Source: a virus
Reading direction: 5' to 3' (one strand)
Length of the DNA stretch: 64,000 nt
Virus record (IMG/VR): IMGVR_UViG_3300046694_000148
Span: 3,648 to 67,647 of that record
Shown here: positions 10,678 to 21,203 of the stretch, in pieces
How the letters are laid out: every line of letters begins with the position of its first letter
Position numbering within the stretch: position 1 is the stretch's first letter
Translations under genes and position numbers: made by a program
The notes under the pieces: generated by a model
Databases searched by the model: none
What the model was told of the DNA's origin: nothing
The model's input: the letters and a program-made list of their open reading frames with translations, nothing else

Positions 10678-12244
10678 GGGTAGCGATCCGGTAACAGGCT
10701 ACAAGTACAGCTTCGGCATCCACATGGGGATCAGCCGAGGCCCGGTCAATGCACTGGTCGGAATCAAGGTCGGCGACAAGACAGCATGGGAAGGCAACGT
10801 CACTGCGTCGGGCGACGTGTCGATCAACATGCCTGACCTGTTTGGCGGCGACAAGTCGGAAGGCGGCATCGTCGGCACGCTGAAGGTCCTGATGGGCACG
10901 CCGACGCAGACCGCGCCTGGCGTACTTACCGCGATGCTTGGTCACGCTCTGCCGGGCTTCCGCCGCATGTTCACCGCGTTCTACGACGGTCAGATCTCGT
11001 CGAACTCGGCATACCCGAAAGCCTGGAAGTTCCGCGTCCGTCGCACCACCGAGGGATGGGATGGCGCACCCTGGTATCCCGAAAAGGCGATGATCCTGAT
11101 GCACGGCCCGGCGAAGACCACGACCCGCTACGTGCCGAAGCGCCTGAACCTCGACGGTGAACTGGGCGGAACGATGAGCGACGCCTTCAACGGCGCGATG
11201 ACGCAGTACGAGGACGAGACGTACGACACCGAGACGTTCACCAACACGCCCGACATTCACGCCATGAACCCGGCGCACATGATCTACGAGTGCATGACGA
11301 ACCGCGAGTGGGGCCGGGGCCTGCCTGCTGAAACGCTCGACATCGGATCGTTCACGCGCGCAGCCGACGCGCTGTTTGAAGAGGGCTTCGGCCTGTGCAT
11401 GCGCTGGAGTCGCCGCGACAGCATCGAGTCGTTCGTGCAGAGCGTGATCGACCACATCGGCGCTGTCATCTACTCCGACCGCGCCACCGCGCTCATCACG
11501 CTCAAGCTGATCCGCAAGGACTACGACGCAAGCACGCTGCCGATCTTCGACACGAACTCGGGCCTGCTTGCGATCACCGAGAACGAAGTGGCCGCAATGG
11601 GGCCTGCCGTCAACGAAGTCGTGGTCGAGTACACCGACCCGATCAGCGGTGAGACGCGCACGAAGAACGCGCAGAACCTCGCGTCGCTCCAGGCATCGAA
11701 GGGCATCTTCAACTCGATCAAGAAGACGTACAGCGGCATCCCGACCGTCGAACTGGCCGGGCGCGTCGCACAGCGGGATCTCCGCATGAACGCTATCGCG
11801 CTGCGCCGCTTCACGATCACGATGGACCGTAGCGGCTGGCGCGTCTCGCCTGGCGACGTGCTGCGCATCCGTGACATCGTGCGCGGCATCCGTGATGTGA
11901 TCGTGCGCGTCGGTCGCGTCGAAGACGGCACGCTGACGAAGGGCACCATCACCATCACCGCAGTGCAGGACGTGTTCGGTCTGCCGCTGGCGTCGTTCAC
12001 CGGCAATCAGCCACCAGGCGGCGTGCGGCCGGTCACGATCCCGAAGCTGGCGCGCCACCGCGCATTCGAGGTGCCGTACTTCCTGCTGCGCGGCGCATTG
12101 CGCCCGGCCGACTTCGAGTTCATCGACGACGACTCGGGTTTCCTGGGCACCGTGGTCGAGAAGCCGACCGACCTCTCGCTGGGCTACAACCTGTACGTGA
12201 AGCCGAGCGCGCCGACCCCTGACGATCTCCCACCGACTACCTGA
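10670..12244 (+). CDS. Tail tip/central spike hub protein (gpJ/Phage-tail_3-like)
   Basis: MNPAH.IYE..TN..WG.G motif, LKLIR.DY, RVAQRDL...PGDV. Confidence 0.8.
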   Translation: MGKGSDPVTGYKYSFGIHMGISRGPVNALVGIKVGDKTAWEGNVTASGDVSINMPDLFGGDKSEGGIVGTLKVLMGTPTQTAPGVLTAMLGHALPGFRRMFTAFYDGQISSNSAYPKAWKFRVRRTTEGWDGAPWYPEKAMILMHGPAKTTTRYVPKRLNLDGELGGTMSDAFNGAMTQYEDETYDTETFTNTPDIHAMNPAHMIYECMTNREWGRGLPAETLDIGSFTRAADALFEEGFGLCMRWSRRDSIESFVQSVIDHIGAVIYSDRATALITLKLIRKDYDASTLPIFDTNSGLLAITENEVAAMGPAVNEVVVEYTDPISGETRTKNAQNLASLQASKGIFNSIKKTYSGIPTVELAGRVAQRDLRMNAIALRRFTITMDRSGWRVSPGDVLRIRDIVRGIRDVIVRVGRVEDGTLTKGTITITAVQDVFGLPLASFTGNQPPGGVRPVTIPKLARHRAFEVPYFLLRGALRPADFEFIDDDSGFLGTVVEKPTDLSLGYNLYVKPSAPTPDDLPPTT

Positions 12245-12245
12245 C

Positions 12246-14051
12246 ATGGCAAATAGCGAATACCAAAAAAGCGGCGGCGGCGGCTACGCCAGCTTGCTCA
12301 AACTCGACGCGGCGCTGAATCGCGTCGAAACCTCGATTCCGTTCACCGTGTCGAGCTTCGTGCGGCCTATCGAGCCTGGCATGGTCGTGATGATCGGCGA
12401 CGAGATCATGTCCCTGGTCGCTGTCTACGACGCCAGCATCACGGTCAAGCGCGGCTGTGCCGACACGATCCCTGCCGAGCACGAGGCTGGCCTGATTGTC
12501 TGGATCTTCGATGCTGCCGCTGTCGGCCGCGACCTGAAGGAATGGAACGCGGGCGAGACGATTGGCGTGAAGGTGCAGCCGTACACCGTGGCTGGTGCGC
12601 TGCCGCTTACCGACATCTACCCGATGGGTATCGAATTCGACTTCCGCTTCGCGCGGCCGTACCCGCCAGCGCAGATGAAGGCGAACGCGGCACCCTGGTT
12701 CTCGAACCCGACCGTGAACGACGCGACGCCGATGCTGCACCTCACCTGGGTCCACCGCGACCGCGTGCTGCAAGCCGACCAACTCATCGGCCACGACGAC
12801 GGATCGGTCGGCCCCGAGCCTGGCGTCACCTACACCATGCGCGTCTACCACTCCGTCAGCGGCGCGCTGGTACGCGAGGAAACCGGCATCAGCGGCACCG
12901 ACTTCACCTACCCGCGCTCGCAGGCCACGTTCGACCAGGGCCAGCCGAGCGACGTGGTGAACCCGCGCTTCACCTTCACCGCCGTGCGGGACGGCATCGA
13001 GTCGTTCCAGCACTACGAGGGCACATTCACGCTGACCCCGAAGTACCCGCTCGACTCGAACTACCTGCTGTCCGAGAATCGCGTGGTCGAGTCGCCATAC
13101 TTCATGAACGTCACGCAGCAGTACGGCGAGAACGCGCACGCCTACGCCGTGGCCGCCAGGCCGAGTGATCGCCAGTCGGACATGTTCTCGCTGTTCGCGC
13201 TTAACTCGCCTCTCGGTGCAGCGGACTACACGCCCTGGCTCACCATCGACTACCGCCTGCCGGAACTCGAAACGATCATCAACGTGCGGTCGTCATCGCT
13301 GTTCGATGGTGTGGAAATCTCGGGCGATCTGGTCGGCAAGATCGCGCTCATCGACGACGAGTACGTGACGGTGCAGCGGGTCATCAGCGACAAGCAGATC
13401 GAGGTGGCGCGCGGCTGCGGCGATAGCATCCCTGCCGTGCATGCTGCCGGTGCTCGCCTGTGGTTCGTCGAGGGCTACGCCGCGTACGACTTCGTGGCGC
13501 GCGACGGACAGACCGTGCCGTACCAGATCGCGCCCGCAGTCTATGGTCCTGCAATCCCGCTGGGCCAGCTTCCCTACACGATCCTGACGTTCGCCTCGCG
13601 CGCAGTGCGCCCGTATCCGCCCGGCCGCATCGTGGTCAACGGTCGCCCCTGGTTCGAGGAAGCGCAGGCCACCAGCGGCGATCCTGTCGTGTTCTCGTGG
13701 GCGCGCCGCAACCGCATCACGCAGGGCGCGCAGGCAGTCGGACATGCCGCACCTGACACCTTGCCGGAATCGGGACAGATGACGCACCTGTCGTTCTTCT
13801 ACGAGATCCCAGCGGCGTCGCCTGGCAACCCGCCGACCGTGGTGTCGCTGCGCGAGGTGGACGTGTCGAGCGCGGGCATCGGCTACGCCTACACCTACGA
13901 CCTCGCCCTGGTCGATGGCGACGCTGCTGGTCGCGCCCTCGGCGTGTGCGGGACCGTGGTGATCCAGTGCCGGATCTCGTCGGTGCGCGCTGGCCTGCCG
14001 TCGATGCAGTCGTACGTGGTGCCGATCCGCGTTCCGTCGTATCCGTGCTAA
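12246..14051 (+). CDS. Tail tip-associated protein, two internal modules
   Basis: Two RGC.D..PA.H.AG..W(I/F) / RPYPP modules; paralog of 14121..16547. Confidence 0.75.
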   Translation: MANSEYQKSGGGGYASLLKLDAALNRVETSIPFTVSSFVRPIEPGMVVMIGDEIMSLVAVYDASITVKRGCADTIPAEHEAGLIVWIFDAAAVGRDLKEWNAGETIGVKVQPYTVAGALPLTDIYPMGIEFDFRFARPYPPAQMKANAAPWFSNPTVNDATPMLHLTWVHRDRVLQADQLIGHDDGSVGPEPGVTYTMRVYHSVSGALVREETGISGTDFTYPRSQATFDQGQPSDVVNPRFTFTAVRDGIESFQHYEGTFTLTPKYPLDSNYLLSENRVVESPYFMNVTQQYGENAHAYAVAARPSDRQSDMFSLFALNSPLGAADYTPWLTIDYRLPELETIINVRSSSLFDGVEISGDLVGKIALIDDEYVTVQRVISDKQIEVARGCGDSIPAVHAAGARLWFVEGYAAYDFVARDGQTVPYQIAPAVYGPAIPLGQLPYTILTFASRAVRPYPPGRIVVNGRPWFEEAQATSGDPVVFSWARRNRITQGAQAVGHAAPDTLPESGQMTHLSFFYEIPAASPGNPPTVVSLREVDVSSAGIGYAYTYDLALVDGDAAGRALGVCGTVVIQCRISSVRAGLPSMQSYVVPIRVPSYPC

Positions 14052-14053
14052 CG

Positions 14054-14116
14054 GTATAAACAATATAAATCGAATAAACAGTATTAACTGAATAAATCAT
14101 ATAAACGATATAAACG
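14054..14116 (+). repeat. Seven tandem 9-bp AT-rich units (consensus RWATAAAYN)
   Basis: gtataaaca atataaatc gaataaaca gtattaact gaataaatc atataaacg atataaacg, in an otherwise GC-rich genome. Confidence 0.9.
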
Positions 14117-14120
14117 ATTT

Positions 14121-16547
14121 ATGGCAAATAGCGATTACAAAGACAACGGCATGGCGGCGCAGTTCACGCCTATCGCCACGCTGGCCCTCGGGGTCAGCTT
14201 CCTCGACCGCACGCTGAACCTCGGCGCTGCGAACTTCCCGCGCACCGACTCGCTGAAGGTCGGCATGGCCGTGCTGGTCAACGACGAGTGGATGGCGATC
14301 ACCGCGATCCAGGGCAGCAGCGTCACCGTCAACCGTGGCTGCGCCGACTCGGTGCCAGCGGAACACCCGATTGGCTCGCTGTGCTGGTTCGTCGCGGTAA
14401 GCGTGGTCGGCACCGACGCAAAGGAGCACACGGCTGGCGAAATCAACTCGGTGAAGTATTCCCCGTACACGACCAGCGGCAGGCTCGATACGAGCACCAG
14501 TTCGGCAATCGACGTGGTTGAATACCGGAACCGCTACGCGCGGCCGTACCCGCCAGGTCATGTTCTCGTGAACGGCGCGCGCTGGTACTTGCCGCATGAA
14601 CTGTCGGCGGACATCGGGGCGCTCGTGCTGACGTGGACGCACCGTGATCGGCTGATCGAGGCCGACCAGCTTATCGACCATGACGCGGGCAACATCGGGC
14701 CGGAAGACGGAACCAGCTACACGGCGCGCGTCTACGACCGCAACATGAACCTGCGGCGCGTGTACCCCGGCATCCTGGCGAACAGCCGCGACATCTACGG
14801 CGATGCGGTCCCGGCCGCCTGGTCGTACACCTGGCATCAGGCCGTCACGGACCTCGACGTGCTCACCAGCGAGATCGGTGCCTTCACGCCGGGCTTCATC
14901 ACGCTCCACGCGACGCGCGACGAGTTCGATTCGTGGCAGGGTTACGTGATCCCGATCAGCGTCAACTCGCAGGGCTACTTCATGAAAGCCGCGCAGCTTG
15001 CGCAGATCGTCGGCCAGGGCCTCAGCGACGCCGACAACACGAACGGCTTCCCGCCGCTGAGTGGCGTGTTCGCGGGCCAGGTCGCGGCGCAGGCGGCGCA
15101 GAACCTCACCGATGCCGAGAACAATGCCAGCGGCCCCACGCATGGCGTCTACGTGGCGAGTCTGCACCAGGGCGTCGGCCAAGAGACGAACTTCTACACG
15201 GCGTTGAACCGCAATCTGTTCGAGGCCCCGTACGCGCTGCTGAAGAAGCGAAGCGCGAGCATCGACGCGAAGGTGGTCACTGTCGTCGCCAGGCCGTCCG
15301 ACCGACTGACCGATGCGCACTCGATCTGGACCCGCTACGATTGGCCGCGTGGTCACGGTGCCGTGGTGCCGTTCGAGAAGCGCGTCGATCCGCCGTTCAC
15401 GCCCTGGCTGACGCTGGGCGCGGATCTCGACTACCTGGCCGACACCATCGTGATCGGCAAGACCTCGTTCCTCGACGGTATCCCGCTGTCCGATGTGCAG
15501 CCGGGCCAGGTCGCCCTGGTGGACGCGGAATTCATTCGAGTCGATGGGCGCGACGCCACCACGATCACGATTGCGCGCGGCTGCTACGACACGGTGCCAG
15601 GCAAGCACTACGCCGGATCGCGCGTGTGGTTTATCGAGGCAGGTTCGAGCAACGACCCGACCGCCTACCCGTACACCCTGGACACGTACGCGCAGCTAGG
15701 CTCGGCCGCCGAGGTGAAGATGGTCCCGGCCGTCTACGGCCCGCCGCTGAACCTGAACGACGTGCCGACCGACCGCGTGGACATGGCGCATCGCGTCGAG
15801 CGGCCGTACCCGCCAGGCGAAGTGCTGGTGAACGGCGCGCCCTGGTACAACGGCTGCGTGATCGAGAAGGATCAGGCCGTGCGCATCACCTGGGTCCATC
15901 GCAACCGCGACACGCAGGCAGCGCAGGCCCTCGATCATCACGCACCTGGCCGCACGCCTGAAGACAATCAGAAGTACCGCCTGACGATCACGCTGAACCT
16001 CTACGACCAGGCGACGAAGCGGTCGTACACGGTCACGGTGCGCCAGGACATCGTGGAAGGTACGCAGTACGACTACACCTACTCGATGGCGACCACGGAC
16101 GGCTACCGCGCCGGTTCGCTGCTGCGCGTGTGTGGCCGCGTCACGGTCGGCATGACGCTGGAAGCGATTCGCGGCGACCTCGCGTCGTGGCAGTCGTACG
16201 TGATCCCGATGGCCCTGCCGTCGTATGCGTGCCCACCGAGTCAGCCACCAGGCGGCGGCCAGCTTCCACCGAACACTGGTGGCGGCAACGGCAGCACCGG
16301 CCCGACGCCAGGCGATCAGCCTGGGCCTGGAGATAACAGCGGTGATCCTGACCCCGGCGATAATGGCAGCGGCGGCAACGGCGACGGACCACCACCACCA
16401 CCGGATACACCGCCAGATTGGCCGGACCCGATTGACCCGCCGCCCGAGCCTGACCCCGACGATCCGAACCCTGCGCTGGGCGGACACTGGGACACAAACT
16501 GGGCGCGTCACTGGGACGCATACACGAAAGATAATCAGGGAACTTAA
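14121..16547 (+). CDS. Tail tip-associated protein, paralog of 12246..14051, with Pro/Gly-rich linker and Trp-rich C-terminus
   Basis: Same two modules; ends with a Pro/Gly/Asp tract then GGHWDTNWARHWDAY. Confidence 0.75.
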   Translation: MANSDYKDNGMAAQFTPIATLALGVSFLDRTLNLGAANFPRTDSLKVGMAVLVNDEWMAITAIQGSSVTVNRGCADSVPAEHPIGSLCWFVAVSVVGTDAKEHTAGEINSVKYSPYTTSGRLDTSTSSAIDVVEYRNRYARPYPPGHVLVNGARWYLPHELSADIGALVLTWTHRDRLIEADQLIDHDAGNIGPEDGTSYTARVYDRNMNLRRVYPGILANSRDIYGDAVPAAWSYTWHQAVTDLDVLTSEIGAFTPGFITLHATRDEFDSWQGYVIPISVNSQGYFMKAAQLAQIVGQGLSDADNTNGFPPLSGVFAGQVAAQAAQNLTDAENNASGPTHGVYVASLHQGVGQETNFYTALNRNLFEAPYALLKKRSASIDAKVVTVVARPSDRLTDAHSIWTRYDWPRGHGAVVPFEKRVDPPFTPWLTLGADLDYLADTIVIGKTSFLDGIPLSDVQPGQVALVDAEFIRVDGRDATTITIARGCYDTVPGKHYAGSRVWFIEAGSSNDPTAYPYTLDTYAQLGSAAEVKMVPAVYGPPLNLNDVPTDRVDMAHRVERPYPPGEVLVNGAPWYNGCVIEKDQAVRITWVHRNRDTQAAQALDHHAPGRTPEDNQKYRLTITLNLYDQATKRSYTVTVRQDIVEGTQYDYTYSMATTDGYRAGSLLRVCGRVTVGMTLEAIRGDLASWQSYVIPMALPSYACPPSQPPGGGQLPPNTGGGNGSTGPTPGDQPGPGDNSGDPDPGDNGSGGNGDGPPPPPDTPPDWPDPIDPPPEPDPDDPNPALGGHWDTNWARHWDAYTKDNQGT

Positions 16548-16549
16548 AC

Positions 16550-17272
16550 ATGCCACGACACGAATCATCACGACTGAAACTCTCATACGGCTGGCTGCGC
16601 GGCGAAGACTGGTGGGGAGATCCGGTATCCGACAACTTCCTCAAGATCGACATGCTGCTGAACCCGTACGTGCTGTCGATGACGGAGATCGTTCCGCCTG
16701 TGAACGGCCTGGCGGTCGGCGACATGTACATCGTGCCGGAAGGCGCGGTGCTCGCCTGGTCGGGTCACACGAACGACCTGGCTGTCTACGATGGTGCGAA
16801 ATGGGTCTTCTGTTCGCCGACGCGCGGCGTGCGCGCCAGGCTGGCAAACCCCTCGGCCTGGATCTGGTTTAACGGGACCGGATGGGTGGACGAATCTCAG
16901 GGCGAAGGCGCACCACCAGCACCGCAGGGAACGCGCTACGACGTGGCGCTGTCCATCGGCTACGAGGCCGAGCCGCAAGAAACGCTGCTGGTGTTCGCGC
17001 TGCCGGAAGCGATGACGTGGCCGACTGGCGCGCCAGGATCTACCGCGCGCAGTCTGGTCGCGCCGCTCGGCATTCTGCGGCTGACGGTGAAAAGGAACGG
17101 TGCTGACGTTGGTACAATCACCTTCTCGCCAGGCAGTGTCAAGGGCGTGTTCAGCGTAGTCGGCAACAAGCCTTTCGCTGCCGGTGATGTCCTCTCGATC
17201 CACATGCCCGACGATCCACCAGCAGGCTTCCAGAACTACTCGGCGACGCTGCGGCTGATACTTCAAAAATAA
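16550..17272 (+). CDS. Tail fibre protein, DUF2793-like
   Basis: L.YGW..GE..W...NF..ID, GD.YIV...A..AW.GH.N.LA.YDG..W motif. Confidence 0.8.
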   Translation: MPRHESSRLKLSYGWLRGEDWWGDPVSDNFLKIDMLLNPYVLSMTEIVPPVNGLAVGDMYIVPEGAVLAWSGHTNDLAVYDGAKWVFCSPTRGVRARLANPSAWIWFNGTGWVDESQGEGAPPAPQGTRYDVALSIGYEAEPQETLLVFALPEAMTWPTGAPGSTARSLVAPLGILRLTVKRNGADVGTITFSPGSVKGVFSVVGNKPFAAGDVLSIHMPDDPPAGFQNYSATLRLILQK

Positions 17273-17282
17273 CGAGGGATGA

Positions 17283-18269
17283 ATGAACACCACTATTCAC
17301 ATTGACGGCTTCGAGGAATTCGCGGGCGAGCAAAACCCGGCGTCCGCGATGCAGCGCGCCGACTACGCCACGGTCGGCCAGTGGGCGCTTGTCCAGGGCC
17401 GTCAAGGTGGCGCGGCGCTGTCGGGAAATGCCTGCGTCGTCTCGCGCGGCCTGCCCTGGAATGGTCAGAAGTTCGCGGTCGGCTTCGCGCACATGTTCAC
17501 GGCACGCGGCTCGGCCTGCTGGCTGAACATCGGCGACAAGCAGATCGTGCTGTGGACCAGTCCTGACAGCGGCGTGCCGTACCTGAACGACGTGCCGGGC
17601 GGCGCGCTGCCGACGATCAATCGCTGGTACTACTATGAACTGGAAGTGGATCGCACGGCAGGTACGGTGAGCCTCTTCATCAACAACCGCCCCGACGCCG
17701 TGCTTCAGATCGGGCAGGTGGTGGACCAGGCGATCACGGTCAACCTCGGCTACATGAACCCGGCGTCGTACCGGCCTGGCGTCGTGCCGGTGCCGAGCGA
17801 CAGCGCGAGCAAGTCCTTCGATGACTTCTACATGCGCGACGGTGCGCGGCTCGAACCCATCGCGGTCACGACGCGCTTCCCGACCGCCGACAAGCACGTC
17901 GAGTTCTTCGCGGCCGACCCGACCAAGAACCACAACGCATCGCTGTCGCTGCACCCGCCGAAGCCGCTGGATAACTACGTGGCTTCCGACGAGATCGGCG
18001 CAGAGGATCGCTTCACCTCGGGCATGCCGCTCACCAACGGCAACGATGTCATCGCCACCGGGATCGTCGTCCTGGCCCGCAAGTCTCCGCAGATGGCCGC
18101 GAAACTCGGCGTCTTCATCGGCGGCCAAGACGGTGCGCCGCTGCGCGAGGATAGCCGCGTTGTCGGCAGCGAGTGGCACACGCAGTTCATCTTCTTCAAC
18201 CAGAACAATGACGATACGGCGGCCGGGATCGCGGCTGCTGACTTCGGCATCACCGTCCAACCAAACTAA
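17283..18269 (+). CDS. Tail fibre subunit (HIDGF paralog 1, ConA-like fold)
   Basis: HIDGFE start, WYYYELEVD, DDFY; paralog of the next three genes. Confidence 0.7.
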   Translation: MNTTIHIDGFEEFAGEQNPASAMQRADYATVGQWALVQGRQGGAALSGNACVVSRGLPWNGQKFAVGFAHMFTARGSACWLNIGDKQIVLWTSPDSGVPYLNDVPGGALPTINRWYYYELEVDRTAGTVSLFINNRPDAVLQIGQVVDQAITVNLGYMNPASYRPGVVPVPSDSASKSFDDFYMRDGARLEPIAVTTRFPTADKHVEFFAADPTKNHNASLSLHPPKPLDNYVASDEIGAEDRFTSGMPLTNGNDVIATGIVVLARKSPQMAAKLGVFIGGQDGAPLREDSRVVGSEWHTQFIFFNQNNDDTAAGIAAADFGITVQPN

Positions 18270-18281
18270 AAGGGATTCACC

Positions 18282-20165
18282 ATGCTCAAGCACATCGACG
18301 GCTTCGACCAATTCCAGGGTCAAGGCTCGCAATCACTTCTGTCCTCGCTCCAGTCGGCAGGCTACTCGGTCACGACCGGCATGGGCATTGCCGATGGCCG
18401 CAAGGCTGCGACCTACGCGCTCGAACTCCAGATGTCTCCCGGCGCTGCCGGTACATCGTGGTCGGCGCGCGTCAACAACATCAAGTCCAATCTGAACGCG
18501 GTGGCCGCCAACTCGCAGGGCCGCTTCGTTGCGGTCGGCGACGGCGGCAATTCGACAACCTCGACGGACGGCATCAACTGGGCCGCGATGGTGCTGGGCG
18601 TGAACGTCTCCATGCGCGGCATCGAGTGCCACGGCGACACCTACATCGCGGTCGGCGACGGCGGCACGATCCTGCGTTCGACTGACGGCCAGAACTGGAG
18701 CAAGCGCAGCGCACCGAACGGCGCAGTGAACCTCGTTGACGTGGCCTACGGCGCTGGCCGCTGGCTGGCTGTCGGTTCGCTCGGCGGTGCCGGTGCGATC
18801 ATCGAGTCCGATGACGACGGCGTGACCTGGGCGACCGTGACCGAGAACCCCGGTCAGTACCCGAACCTGTGCGTCGAGTACGGCGACGCCTGGCTGGTGG
18901 GCGGGCAATACGGCCAGGTGCTCACTTCGCCGAACGGCCTGGGCTTCACGAACCGCGCGTTCGGCGTCGTCAACGATGTGCGCGACGTGGCCTTCTTCAA
19001 CGGCACCTGGCTCGCTGTCTGCGGTCAGGATATTCGCCGCAGCGTCGATGCCGGTGTCACCTGGACCTACGCGGGCAGCGCGCTCGAAAACAACTACGGC
19101 CTGCGCTGCATCGACGTGTCCGATGGGCGCTGGGTTGTCGGTGGCGACCGTGGTGGCCTGTTCTACTCGGACGACACGACGAACTGGCACTGGTGCGACT
19201 TCGCCGAGATCGGCGGCCAACAGCCGGTCTACGACATCAACGTGTCCACCGGCACGCGCGTCGGCTGGTGCCTGGTGGGCGCGCGCAACGGCAACCAGAC
19301 CAACTCGACCGCGATGGTGTACGTCTCGATGGCCCCGCCGACGAAGGTGACTCGCACGCTGCACAGCACCTCGAACAAGGTGGTGATCGGCTTCGCGCAT
19401 CGCGCCACCGCACGCGGCAAGATCCTCAGCATCGCGGGCCTGTTCGATCTCGACTGGCCTGCCGGTATCCGCATCCTCGGCGTCAACGGTGCGAGCGTCC
19501 CGATCCGCAACACTTGGTACTACTACGAGATCACCATCGACAAGCAGGCCAACAAGGTCACGCTGCACGTCAACGACACGTTCGATCTCGAAGCGCCGCT
19601 TCCTGCCGCTGCCGCCGCGATGGTCGATTACACGATGACGTGGATTGCCGAGAACGGTGCCGTCGCGCGCCTGGACGACCTGTATTTGCTGGATGGCGAC
19701 ATCAACGGTGGCGCATCGGCTCTCACCTCGCGCCTGAAGCCGATCAGCGTTTCGCTGCGCCTGCCGACCGCCGACGTACTGGGCGAATGGGATACCTCGG
19801 ACCCCGGCCTGCACTATCCACTGGTCGGCCTGCTGCCACCTTCGACCGACAGCTATGTGCGTTCCGCGACTTCGGGCGAACAGGATCTCTACTCGTCGAA
19901 CACCCCGTTGCCTGCTGGCGCTGGCACTGCGGCGGCCCCGATCATCGCGCTTGGCGTGCTGGCCCTGGCGCAGAAGTCCGACCTCGATAACCGCCAGCTT
20001 GGCCTGGTCATCGGCGCACCAGGCAATCAGGCCGAGGTGGTCGATACCGTGCTTTCAACTTCGATGGAATACAGCCAGGCGTTGTTCGAGAAAACCCCTG
20101 ACGGCCAGGCGTGGACGGCCGACAACGTACAATCCACCCCGTTCGGCATCGCCGTTCGTCCATAA
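18282..20165 (+). CDS. Tail fibre subunit (paralog 2) with inserted beta-propeller
   Basis: HIDGFD start; repeats of AVGDGG...S.DG..W (Asp-box/BNR-like). Confidence 0.7.
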   Translation: MLKHIDGFDQFQGQGSQSLLSSLQSAGYSVTTGMGIADGRKAATYALELQMSPGAAGTSWSARVNNIKSNLNAVAANSQGRFVAVGDGGNSTTSTDGINWAAMVLGVNVSMRGIECHGDTYIAVGDGGTILRSTDGQNWSKRSAPNGAVNLVDVAYGAGRWLAVGSLGGAGAIIESDDDGVTWATVTENPGQYPNLCVEYGDAWLVGGQYGQVLTSPNGLGFTNRAFGVVNDVRDVAFFNGTWLAVCGQDIRRSVDAGVTWTYAGSALENNYGLRCIDVSDGRWVVGGDRGGLFYSDDTTNWHWCDFAEIGGQQPVYDINVSTGTRVGWCLVGARNGNQTNSTAMVYVSMAPPTKVTRTLHSTSNKVVIGFAHRATARGKILSIAGLFDLDWPAGIRILGVNGASVPIRNTWYYYEITIDKQANKVTLHVNDTFDLEAPLPAAAAAMVDYTMTWIAENGAVARLDDLYLLDGDINGGASALTSRLKPISVSLRLPTADVLGEWDTSDPGLHYPLVGLLPPSTDSYVRSATSGEQDLYSSNTPLPAGAGTAAAPIIALGVLALAQKSDLDNRQLGLVIGAPGNQAEVVDTVLSTSMEYSQALFEKTPDGQAWTADNVQSTPFGIAVRP

Positions 20166-20183
20166 CGAAAAAGGAATCCTGAA

Positions 20184-21194
20184 ATGCTTCTTATCACTGA
20201 TGGCTTTGACCACTACGCGCCGAAGACCGCAGCAGCGGCGGACATCACGAGCTACCTGCAAGCGGCAGGCTACGTCGTGAACAACGCGACCAATACGACA
20301 TTCAACATCGCTGACGGCCAGGACGCCGGTTCGCTCGGCCTGAAGATGACGATCAACGCGGGCGCTTCGACGCCGCCGTCGTTCAGCCGCAACGTGACTT
20401 CGGCCGCAACGCTGGTCGTCTTCGGCTTCTCGCTGCGCGGCACGCAGTCGCGCCTGCGCATGGCCCGTATCGCTGGCGTGATCGACCTCGACTGGGACGC
20501 CGCCACCGGCAAGATGAAGGTCGGTAGCACGCTGGGCCAGGACGTGATTATCCTGAACGCCTTCTGGTTCATCGAGATCGAGATCGACAAGACCGCGAAC
20601 GAAGTGCGCGTGTGGGCGAACGATACGCTGCAACTGACTATCCCGCTGCCGGGCGGCGTGGGCACCACCTATACGATCACCTGGGGGATCTCGGCCGCGT
20701 CGGCAACTACCGGCGCAATCGACATCGACGACCTGTACGTGCTCGACAGCAGCGGCGGCCAGAACAACGCGCGCCTGGGTCCGGTGCAGATCATCACCCG
20801 CATGCCGACATCGGACGTTACCGCGCAGTGGACGCCGGTAGGCTCGACCGGCACGCACTCGTCGATCCTGGCGCAAGCAGAGCCGGGCAAGGCTGGTGCC
20901 GCATACCTGCAAGCCAACGTGGACGGCAAGGCCGACAAGTTCACCTCGAACGTGGTGCTGCCGAACGCGAACCAGATCTTCGGCGTGTCGCTCGTCTCGA
21001 TGGCGCGCAAGGGCGACCTCGACGACCGCAAACTCGGCCTCACCATCGGCACGGCAGGCGGCGACGTGGAAACGCAGATCGCCCTCGACACCTCGTTCGG
21101 ATTCAAGCAGGTGATCTTCGAGCAAGCGCCGGGCGGCCAGGTGTGGAACCGCAATCTTGTCGAGTCGTCGAACTTCGGCATCGTCGCGCGCTAA
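20184..21194 (+). CDS. Tail fibre subunit (paralog 3)
   Basis: TDGFD start; K.DLD.R.LGL and FE..P.GQ.W...FGI shared with paralog 2. Confidence 0.7.
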   Translation: MLLITDGFDHYAPKTAAAADITSYLQAAGYVVNNATNTTFNIADGQDAGSLGLKMTINAGASTPPSFSRNVTSAATLVVFGFSLRGTQSRLRMARIAGVIDLDWDAATGKMKVGSTLGQDVIILNAFWFIEIEIDKTANEVRVWANDTLQLTIPLPGGVGTTYTITWGISAASATTGAIDIDDLYVLDSSGGQNNARLGPVQIITRMPTSDVTAQWTPVGSTGTHSSILAQAEPGKAGAAYLQANVDGKADKFTSNVVLPNANQIFGVSLVSMARKGDLDDRKLGLTIGTAGGDVETQIALDTSFGFKQVIFEQAPGGQVWNRNLVESSNFGIVAR

Positions 21195-21203
21195 GGAGAA
21201 CGC

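Noticed and set aside
14054-14116. Mini-CRISPR interpretation of the AT-rich array
   Set aside because: Contiguous 9-bp units with no spacers.
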